IMG/VR virus record: IMGVR_UViG_3300029906_000002
Coordinates: 12,507-76,506 of that record
DNA: 64,000 nucleotides
Strand: one strand, 5' to 3'
Origin: a virus
Both the position numbers and the translations under genes were made by a program. Of the stretch, positions 57,181-64,000 are shown one piece after another (the first letter of the stretch is position 1; every line of letters starts with the position of its first letter). The notes below the pieces were generated by a model. That model did no database searches, had not been told where the DNA came from, and saw nothing but the letters and a program-made list of their open reading frames with translations.

Positions 57181-58326
57181 CTACACAAGATTACGCTTAA
57201 CCCATTCGATTTCTTCGGGAGTTAAATCTCGATTAAAAAGCAATAGGGAATAAAGAGCGAATTTACCATAGTATTCGTTTGAATTAGTAGAGAATCTGAA
57301 TATTGCCATTTTATTTGTATCAATGTAATCTTGTGGTATTATTTGTATTGTGTTATAAGAATTAGATGTTTGATAAGTTATATCTTTATTATAGAAATTA
57401 TCAAGAATTAATTCTCCACCAAAACTCCTTGTAATTTTCTGTGTTGCATTTTGATGTTTACATTCAAACATAAACGCTCCATCTGCTCCAGATATCGTTG
57501 ATGCTTTTGTTATAAGTGACGAATTACCTTCATTGTCCTCATCTAACCACTTTCTCTTCGCAATCACTGTGTACCCATCTTCCTTATTCAGCAGTGGCAG
57601 TCCTTCCACAAGGCAGTAGTCGTCAACACTGTCAGAGACAAGGGCGTTAGGATAGAGAGGGAGTTGCTCGATGGTGATATTACAAGATTGATTATTATAA
57701 TCTTCAGTAAAACGCAATCCTGGATATTGTACTTTTCCGGTACTATTAATCCATTCGGGAATAATGTATTCTCCATCTTTGCTTATTTGCTCTATAATCA
57801 TGCCACTTAAATTAGAAGAAAGTGCCAATCCACTTCCGGTTATCCCTGTAACTTTAATTTTATAAGGATAACTAACTTCTTGTGGCTGTATTGGTGTTTG
57901 CCAAAAAGCAAACGTACCAGTTCCAGTATTCGTAACAGTTACCTTAGTACCATTAGTGTTATATTTTACACTTCCGTTAAATGGGACTGCTGGAGTAAAT
58001 AAATATCGGTATCCACCAACCCCACTCATCCCACTCCACGCAAAGTTATAGCAAGTAGCATCGTGCCCGTTGCCACTCAAGTCACGCAGCGTAGGATTCT
58101 CAGCCATGTTTTCGTTTGTACAACCTTGCCGTGAGATATCATACCACAATACCATTGATTCCTTAATCTGTGTAGGCATGATTCGATAGTTATGAATATC
58201 TGATTCACTCTCAAATACTGAATTATAGGCGTAGTCGAGATTGGGGGATTCATAGTCGATTATACCTCCCCCCCCTACTGCCGGAGTAAGGGATTCGGGC
58301 AACTTATTGACGGAAAGATTGTACAT
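57181..58326 (-). CDS. putative receptor-binding protein, ConA/LamG-like
   Basis: 381 aa; WYD...DLSGNGHDA...ALVSDSVDDY...LYSLLLFNRDLTPEEI; in-frame G8 at 58268-58275. Confidence 0.7.
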   Translation of the reverse strand: MYNLSVNKLPESLTPAVGGGGIIDYESPNLDYAYNSVFESESDIHNYRIMPTQIKESMVLWYDISRQGCTNENMAENPTLRDLSGNGHDATCYNFAWSGMSGVGGYRYLFTPAVPFNGSVKYNTNGTKVTVTNTGTGTFAFWQTPIQPQEVSYPYKIKVTGITGSGLALSSNLSGMIIEQISKDGEYIIPEWINSTGKVQYPGLRFTEDYNNQSCNITIEQLPLYPNALVSDSVDDYCLVEGLPLLNKEDGYTVIAKRKWLDEDNEGNSSLITKASTISGADGAFMFECKHQNATQKITRSFGGELILDNFYNKDITYQTSNSYNTIQIIPQDYIDTNKMAIFRFSTNSNEYYGKFALYSLLLFNRDLTPEEIEWVKRNLV

Positions 58327-58337
58327 AGCTTAATGTG

Positions 58338-59039
58338 TTAAGGACGATTCTTCATTTGGTCATTAGGACGTTCGTTGGTCATAAGTTGACGATAGTAGAC
58401 AATATACTTGCTTGTCACATAATCCATGGATTCGCGGTCTATGAACGACATGTTGTGCGTCAAATCGTCATCACCAAAGATGTCTTCGCAGCAGCCTCTT
58501 TCAAAGAACTGACGTGGATCCTTGAATACAGCCTGTACGGTAACATGCGTGATAAGCGGAGCATTGAAGATGAAGCAGTCAAAGAAGTTGTTTTCATTAG
58601 GAGTAATGTCTACAAATACCCTTGGCAGCTTCTGGCCTCTTCGTGAATACTTCGACCACTGCATTGTAGTTACGTTCGTAAACCAAAGGAAGGGCTGCAT
58701 CATATCGGTGGTTCCGATGTAGTAGATAGTCGAGCCATTACCAAGGTCCGTGTAGACCTGCGGTATTTGGAAATGAGCTATCTTCTCACCGCAACCGTCA
58801 GCCCAGCAAGTGCATCGTTCTATGTCTTGGCAGTCAACCTCAATACAGCGCAGGGTAAGCATAAGCTCCTTGATGGGCAACAAACCCTTCATCATATAAT
58901 CTTTGATGAGCTTCTGTTGCGTCCATACAATCTCATCCTCGACTTGTTGACGGTCAAGTGAAGGATTGTGCTGATAGCCAGCCAGACCCGCCCTGATATT
59001 ATTTATGACAGCCGAAGCTAATTGACCGTAGTGATTCAC
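58338..59039 (-). CDS. tail ring protein (crAss R2-like)
   Basis: 233 aa; CIEV, IYYIG, VTVQAVFKDPR, PND C-terminus; synteny. Confidence 0.65.
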   Translation of the reverse strand: MNHYGQLASAVINNIRAGLAGYQHNPSLDRQQVEDEIVWTQQKLIKDYMMKGLLPIKELMLTLRCIEVDCQDIERCTCWADGCGEKIAHFQIPQVYTDLGNGSTIYYIGTTDMMQPFLWFTNVTTMQWSKYSRRGQKLPRVFVDITPNENNFFDCFIFNAPLITHVTVQAVFKDPRQFFERGCCEDIFGDDDLTHNMSFIDRESMDYVTSKYIVYYRQLMTNERPNDQMKNRP

Positions 59040-59068
59040 GTTCTAATAACCGTTAATTATCTCTTGGA

Positions 59069-59076
59069 CAAAAATA
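59069..59076 (-). promoter_or_regulatory. -7 promoter box
   Basis: TATTTTTG about 30 nt before start 59039. Confidence 0.5.
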
Positions 59077-59112
59077 AAACCCAGAGGTTGTCTGAGCTTT
59101 ATTTGAATATGA

Positions 59113-59910
59113 TTAATCTTTGTATAGTCTTGATAGATATTCTTCATTTGATAGCGACACTCCAGCCTTATCAAGCAGTTCTATTGCATCTGATTTTCTG
59201 AATATCAACTGATTTCTGATTGTATTATCATCTATTCGGTTTCTATTCAAAATCATACCAGATGTTAACTCTTCTCCATCTGAGTACACTATGCTGACAT
59301 CCTTCTCTATGATTATCTTTTTCTTGATTTCCCTTAGCAGTCCGCGTTCTACAAGTATTCTGAATAATTGTTTTGGTTTGATATGTTTATATCCAAGAGA
59401 TTTTAGTATTTGTTTTATTGAATCATAACCTGCTGGATAGGATTGATTTTCTTTGTTCTCGATAAGATTACTGTCGTTTTCAATCCCTATAGTAACCACA
59501 TTGATTACTTGCTTGGGTTGTGAGCCTTCAAGCACCCAATGGAATATGCGTCTATAAATTTCAAAAATTTCAGCATTCTTTCTGACAATAAAGTTTTCCA
59601 TTGCCCGAACTGTCAGGTAATACTTCTTCTTTGGTAAATTATTCTGCGACGGCGTTTGACGTTTTACCTCATAATCAATACCTTCTGAGAAGTTAGAAGT
59701 AAGATATTTTACGGCATCAAAGCGTCTTGTGTAGACAAATCTCCAGACATCATCAAGGTCTACAACAAAATCATATTCGTCCTTGTTTACAATGAAGTCT
59801 CTAAGTTTTTCAAAATACTCTCTTACTTCAGAAGAAATTGTACTGTTAATCTTTGCTGTCGGTTGCAAACTATCGCTTGCAGATTCCGATAATAGTTCTA
59901 TCTTTGTCAT
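59113..59910 (-). CDS. AntA/AntB-like (KilA-N-related) DNA-binding protein
   Basis: FVVDLDDVWRFVY...FSEGIDY...YYLTVRAMENFIVRKNAEIFEIYRRIFH. Confidence 0.7.
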   Translation of the reverse strand: MTKIELLSESASDSLQPTAKINSTISSEVREYFEKLRDFIVNKDEYDFVVDLDDVWRFVYTRRFDAVKYLTSNFSEGIDYEVKRQTPSQNNLPKKKYYLTVRAMENFIVRKNAEIFEIYRRIFHWVLEGSQPKQVINVVTIGIENDSNLIENKENQSYPAGYDSIKQILKSLGYKHIKPKQLFRILVERGLLREIKKKIIIEKDVSIVYSDGEELTSGMILNRNRIDDNTIRNQLIFRKSDAIELLDKAGVSLSNEEYLSRLYKD

Positions 59911-59960
59911 AGCTATTATAGTTATTTGTTACGAAGTTAGAGAACTTTGGTAAAAGCTGC

Positions 59961-59996
59961 AAACCCCGGCCTGATTTTAACATCAAGCCGGGGTTT
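59961..59996. terminator. GC-rich hairpin downstream of the Tad2-like genes
   Basis: AAACCCCGGC/GCCGGGGTTT 10 bp stem. Confidence 0.7.
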
Positions 59997-60019
59997 CAAG
60001 TTACATAAACGCTATGTTG

Positions 60020-60604
60020 CTATTCAGCTACAATCTCCCAATCCTCTGCAAACACGTCAGAAATCGACGGAACCCACGAATCAGCTCTACCGGTTTCCTT
60101 GTTGTAAATCAAGCATTGACTTGTATAATCAATACTGCCTTTTGTTGAAAGGATAAGGTTCTTTGCGGAAACGGGAAGCGACTGCATCTTGGGGATAATT
60201 TCACTATCGATATGTGCAGGAACCTGTTTGAACACATAAATGTTCTTACCGTTCCATCCTTTTCTGCGAATTACACTTCCTTGTTTTAAAGCTTCTATTG
60301 CGTTTCCAAAATTCATCATTGACGAGTTGTCGGCTTTCTCGTATGTCTTCTCAAAGATTTCAGGTTTACATGCGTAGAATTCTCCGTTTATACCCTTAAT
60401 TATATAATCGCCTATACTTGCCTGCATGATTCCTTCTAATGTTTTTATGCTTAAATCATACTGCGCCGGTATCTTATTTTCAGCATCACCTTGTCGTATT
60501 TCATTGAATTTAATAGAATCCTTAGCAAAATCTGCTATTTCTACTATATTTTTACCGTTCCATTGAATAGCATCAATGACTATTGGCTTCTTTCTGTATT
60601 TCAT
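60020..60604 (-). CDS. fusion protein: uncharacterised N-terminal domain plus DUF2829/Tad2-like domain
   Basis: MKYRKKP...TLEG...GDYIIKG...CKPEIFEKTY, then MNFGNAIEALKQG...RRKGWNGK...WVPSISDVFAEDW. Confidence 0.85.
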   Translation of the reverse strand: MKYRKKPIVIDAIQWNGKNIVEIADFAKDSIKFNEIRQGDAENKIPAQYDLSIKTLEGIMQASIGDYIIKGINGEFYACKPEIFEKTYEKADNSSMMNFGNAIEALKQGSVIRRKGWNGKNIYVFKQVPAHIDSEIIPKMQSLPVSAKNLILSTKGSIDYTSQCLIYNKETGRADSWVPSISDVFAEDWEIVAE

Positions 60605-60684
60605 AACGTATTTTTATAAACGATTAAAACAACGTAAGTATAAACTCACGTTACTCTTACCTTTCCTGTTATTTGATAAATGAA

Positions 60685-61386
60685 TTATCTGACAATTTCC
60701 CAATCCTCTGCAAGCATATCAGAAATAGTAGGCGTCCAAGCAATAAGGTGACCTTCATTGCTTTCGTAAATAATACTCATCTTCAAGTAATCAACAACTC
60801 CTCTTCCTGATGTAAGAATGTCTATGATTGGCTGAGGCATTTGCTCCATGTACGGTTTCAGACCGTCTTTAATATTATCGTCGTTTTCTACAACAAATAT
60901 TTTGCCATACCAATCTCTTCTGCGAACAGCGTGCTTCGTCTTAAGAAGTGCCAATGCTACACCGAAATTGAAGCTCATAAACTTCGTATTCTTATTATGC
61001 TCGACAAGAACGATACGCATTGATAAAGCATAGCGGTAATCGTGCATGGTTTGCAGTTGAATATGTATCAATGCCTGCATATTAGGAGTAAGCTCCTTAA
61101 ACTTATCAGATTGTACAAACTCGATTAGTTTATGGTAACGCTCGTCAAGTTCTTTCGTTTCAATTTTGATGCGATCGATAAATGTTTCAGCTGGCATGTA
61201 TGCTTTCTGAAATGGTTCTGCCGGCGACCAGCTTTCGTAACCGCCTTCATATCTCACATGATAACCAGGATTGTTCTTTTCTGCTTCATTTGGCACACGT
61301 CCTGCTTGCAGAAAACCTTTCTCGTAAGCCTCACCCATGGTCATGGGTTCAGCTTCAATTTGTTTTGTTCCGATAAATTTCTTCAT
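60685..61386 (-). CDS. three-domain fusion ending in a DUF2829/Tad2-like domain
   Basis: Start placed at ATG 61386; GYHVRYEGGYESWSP, helical crAss001_48-like middle, FNFGVALALLK...RRRDW...WTPTISDMLAEDW. Confidence 0.8.
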   Translation of the reverse strand: MKKFIGTKQIEAEPMTMGEAYEKGFLQAGRVPNEAEKNNPGYHVRYEGGYESWSPAEPFQKAYMPAETFIDRIKIETKELDERYHKLIEFVQSDKFKELTPNMQALIHIQLQTMHDYRYALSMRIVLVEHNKNTKFMSFNFGVALALLKTKHAVRRRDWYGKIFVVENDDNIKDGLKPYMEQMPQPIIDILTSGRGVVDYLKMSIIYESNEGHLIAWTPTISDMLAEDWEIVR

Positions 61387-61461
61387 AATTAAAAGGATTA
61401 ATAACAAGGCTAAGGTATGTCATATTATTGATTCTCGCAACTATAGACAGCATATTAACAA

Positions 61462-61495
61462 TAATGCCGCCCAGAATTACTTCCAAGCGGCATTA
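61462..61495 (-). terminator. terminator-like hairpin
   Basis: TAATGCCGC/GCGGCATTA stem downstream of 61535..62446. Confidence 0.6.
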
Positions 61496-61534
61496 AAATG
61501 TAAATATGAAAAGTATAAAAACAAAATGGCTTCT

Positions 61535-62446
61535 TTAAGCGTCCGCATCAACAATCTGACCATTTGGAGCGATATTCAGCAAGGCTGCTTCAAACTCCGT
61601 TGCCAGGCTGTCGAGTACGTAGAAACTGTGGTAGGTTTCAGCGTGTACCACATCGCCTACATGGGCACCACCTTGCACGCCTACACGGTTGCAGATAGTG
61701 ATGAAGTACTGGTTGTAGTGGCCACCTACAATAGGCAGATCTTCCTCGTGTACGCCCCAAATGGCGCGATTCTCAGTAGTCGGGGTCATTACGTTACGAA
61801 TCATCCATTGATAGTCGCCGAACGGCAATACGGGCTTCGTAACGGTAGCCTGTGCAATCTCGCGATATACACGGTCAACGGGCAGCTCGGCAGAACCATC
61901 ATACTGGCGGAGAACAGCACGCTCGAACAGTACACTGTACTTCAAATCCTGCTCACCAGCCTTAACGGTCAGCTGGGCACCGATAGCCTCGGCTTGCAAG
62001 CGAAGGTCGTTGTATTCGATAGCCATGCGGTTGATCTGGTCAGCGAACTTGGTAGCCATATCGGAAGTAGTATCACTGTCCGTCACATTGATGGAGAACG
62101 TGAACGGCATACCCTTCAATACGAGGTCGTTGGCAAAACGGCTATCCAGATCGTCATTAGTCAGACGAATGTACATGTCAAGCATATACTCACCTGTACC
62201 AGCAGGCGTACCATACGTGCCCTTCTGCATTACGAACACAGCCTGACCTTCCGTACCGGCAGAATAGCGGGTGCGATAGATTGAACGCACGGAGCTTTTC
62301 TTGAAGCGGCCCATGCGCTTGATTTCCATATTGCCTTCAACGGTAACCGTACCGCCACTGGATTCCTCAGCTTGGGAAGTCCACTTCGGCAGACCGGATA
62401 CATCCGTTGCCGCGTTGATAATGTAAGAATTAGTGTAGTTAAACAT
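61535..62446 (-). CDS. structural protein, probable auxiliary capsid protein
   Basis: 303 aa with strong codon bias and own terminator; crAss synteny downstream of the capsid locus. Confidence 0.6.
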   Translation of the reverse strand: MFNYTNSYIINAATDVSGLPKWTSQAEESSGGTVTVEGNMEIKRMGRFKKSSVRSIYRTRYSAGTEGQAVFVMQKGTYGTPAGTGEYMLDMYIRLTNDDLDSRFANDLVLKGMPFTFSINVTDSDTTSDMATKFADQINRMAIEYNDLRLQAEAIGAQLTVKAGEQDLKYSVLFERAVLRQYDGSAELPVDRVYREIAQATVTKPVLPFGDYQWMIRNVMTPTTENRAIWGVHEEDLPIVGGHYNQYFITICNRVGVQGGAHVGDVVHAETYHSFYVLDSLATEFEAALLNIAPNGQIVDADA

Positions 62447-62483
62447 GATTTTCGTTATTTAGTGTTTAAGTAATCTGATCCAT

Positions 62484-63434
62484 TCACGCTTGTGCGGCAG
62501 TAGCCTGAGCTTGTGCTGGAGCACCTACGGGGATACCATTCTGAACAGCTTGATTCACCTGTATCTGGTTGGTCAATCGCTGATCGGAAGTATTCTCCAT
62601 GTAAATGGATGTGAAGTCGTTAATAATCTCCTGACAAGTAACATCGGGAAACTCCAGAATCTGTGAAGTATCCCTTACCATGTCTATCTGTTTCTGCGTC
62701 AAACGGATGTGTTGCGGCGACTTCAAATAGTCGATAACCACAGCTACCAGCTTGAACACAGTATCGTCTTTTCCATAACGTATCTCAAGTCGGATGGGAG
62801 ATGCGTTGCCAAAACGGTTCGGCGCATTCTTCTCAATCAAGCTCTCTTCGCCTCCTATGTCAATGGATGTGGGTAATTCTCCGTCAGTACCCGTTTCTTC
62901 TCTGGAAAGCGATTCGCCTCCTGTGTAAGGATTGGTGGGTACATCAAGATTGACATTTACGTTCTTAATGAAGTAATAAGGCTTTTTGATTGACGGACGA
63001 TTATAGAAATCCTCCTGTACGATGGATGAGATGTCGCTCGTCATTCTTACGCATGGACGAGTGATGTATTCTCCTTCGTCATAGCAATCCTTCTGCTCCA
63101 TCACCTCGAACACACCCATCACATTGAGGATATGCAGGTAGTCAAGCGGAAGATTGACTTCATAGTATGCGCCCGAAAGGCCGTTAAAGAATTCGTTGGA
63201 ATACCAAGTAGCCTTTTTAAGTCCGCCCTGATCGGCATCAAGTTTGGCGGAGCTTACAAGGACACGCATGTTGTCGTCAATCTTCTGGTTGATGCCAAAA
63301 GAATGGTACACCTTGTCGATGTACATCAGTATGGTTTTATTGAAGAGGTAGTTGAAATCCTCAAGCAACATGGGTTGTACCCGCTGCTTGCTCGTCTCAA
63401 CCAATATGGCCTCCCAAACTTGTCTTGCTGTCAT
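62484..63434 (-). CDS. head-tail ring protein (crAss gene 74-like)
   Basis: 316 aa; LPLDYLH, IDYLKSP, LEFPD..CQEII, ENTSDQRL. Confidence 0.7.
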   Translation of the reverse strand: MTARQVWEAILVETSKQRVQPMLLEDFNYLFNKTILMYIDKVYHSFGINQKIDDNMRVLVSSAKLDADQGGLKKATWYSNEFFNGLSGAYYEVNLPLDYLHILNVMGVFEVMEQKDCYDEGEYITRPCVRMTSDISSIVQEDFYNRPSIKKPYYFIKNVNVNLDVPTNPYTGGESLSREETGTDGELPTSIDIGGEESLIEKNAPNRFGNASPIRLEIRYGKDDTVFKLVAVVIDYLKSPQHIRLTQKQIDMVRDTSQILEFPDVTCQEIINDFTSIYMENTSDQRLTNQIQVNQAVQNGIPVGAPAQAQATAAQA

Positions 63435-63453
63435 TGTACCAAGTTTTTATTTT

Positions 63454-63461
63454 CAAAATTA
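63454..63461 (-). promoter_or_regulatory. -7 promoter box
   Basis: TAATTTTG 19 nt before ATG 63434. Confidence 0.5.
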
Positions 63462-63484
63462 TTCCGACAACATGCAACCTTCAT

Positions 63485-64000
63485 TTAGGATTTTCTTCCT
63501 CTTGCAACCGGTTTCTTGTCGGCCATTTCATCTATCAGTTCTTCAGACGGAGAGTTAGCCATTCCGGCCTCCAAATCCTTGTACAAGTCAGGATTTACGT
63601 CTTGTCGTATCATGGCGAGAATGCGCTGGTTGGCAGGGTTCTTCATCCAGTTGATAACAGAATCGTCCGTCATGCCCAAAATGAATTGTCCTTCGTCACC
63701 ATAGACGTATGCTTTGTTCTTGATACGGATAATCTTCTTTTCACGAGCCTCAACAAAAAGGAATCTGAGCGTTAAGTCGTCGCCCGTATAGATATCCACA
63801 AGACGTTTCGGTGTCTTTTCAGCCACACGCAACAAGTATTCGGTGATTTCGGAATCAGTAGCTTCATCCATATCGCGACCAAGGATCTTGGCAATCATCA
63901 GACGACCGTGAGGACCTCTCGGATCGTTGAACACGAGCGACTTGGCGTCGAAGATGCTCTTTTCTGTAGTCACATTCTTCTCAGTCTCAAGCTCGTGGTT
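63485..64000 (-). CDS. partial conserved protein following the major capsid gene (crAss gene 75-like)
   Basis: Frame open to the window edge (NHELETEKNVTTEK...); LGMTDDSVINWMKNPAN C-terminal pattern. Confidence 0.65.
   Translation of the reverse strand, partial: NHELETEKNVTTEKSIFDAKSLVFNDPRGPHGRLMIAKILGRDMDEATDSEITEYLLRVAEKTPKRLVDIYTGDDLTLRFLFVEAREKKIIRIKNKAYVYGDEGQFILGMTDDSVINWMKNPANQRILAMIRQDVNPDLYKDLEAGMANSPSEELIDEMADKKPVARGRKS

Larger units (their letters stand above)
1..64000. mobile_element. crAss-like (Crassvirales-type) bacteriophage genome segment, Bacteroidota host
   Basis: Giant virion RNAP with DxDxD motif among several >1500 aa genes; muzzle, ring and IHF-like genes in crAss-type synteny; TAnnTTTG Bacteroidota promoters; no host housekeeping genes. 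Confidence 0.93.

Noticed and set aside
55230-58326. Diversity-generating retroelement targeting the receptor-binding genes
   Set aside because: No reverse transcriptase and no template/variable repeat pair seen in the window
1-64000. Stop-codon reassignment (TAG or TGA) as in some crAss lineages
   Set aside because: Giant ORFs are uninterrupted in the standard code, and TAG ends genes at sensible positions (1369, 55230, 57181, 60020)

Overview
The window is a 64 kb piece of a crAss-like (Crassvirales-type) phage of Bacteroidota, read in the standard genetic code. From 1 to 4.9 kb is the end of a plus-strand block of small accessory genes. From 5.2 to 64 kb is the minus-strand virion/late module. 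It runs, in transcription order: post-capsid genes, ring proteins, two Tad2/DUF2829 fusion genes, three candidate receptor-binding genes, an IHF-like gene, a muzzle apparently split over two genes, Gly-Gly-motif cargo proteins, and four consecutive, probably ejected, proteins (SF1 helicase-containing 3196 aa, virion RNA polymerase 3772 aa with DFDGD, HExxH zincin, RecB-type nuclease-containing 1732 aa). Inserted cassettes encode P63C, Bro-N/KilAC, AntA-like and Rep_3 proteins. The most notable observations are five. (1) Cysteines sit at the facing termini of the four consecutive proteins, including the only Cys found in the 3196-aa protein, suggesting a head-to-tail disulfide chain. (2) Each of three adjacent candidate receptor-binding genes has a poly-G tract near its 5' end, and one is currently out of frame, suggesting phase variation. 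(3) A plasmid-type Rep_3 gene has iteron-like repeats, an operator palindrome and GCA-triloop hairpins upstream. (4) A recurrent xxxGG motif marks the cargo proteins. (5) An attenuator-like leader precedes the Bro-N gene. Family calls come from motif recognition by eye; no database search was run.
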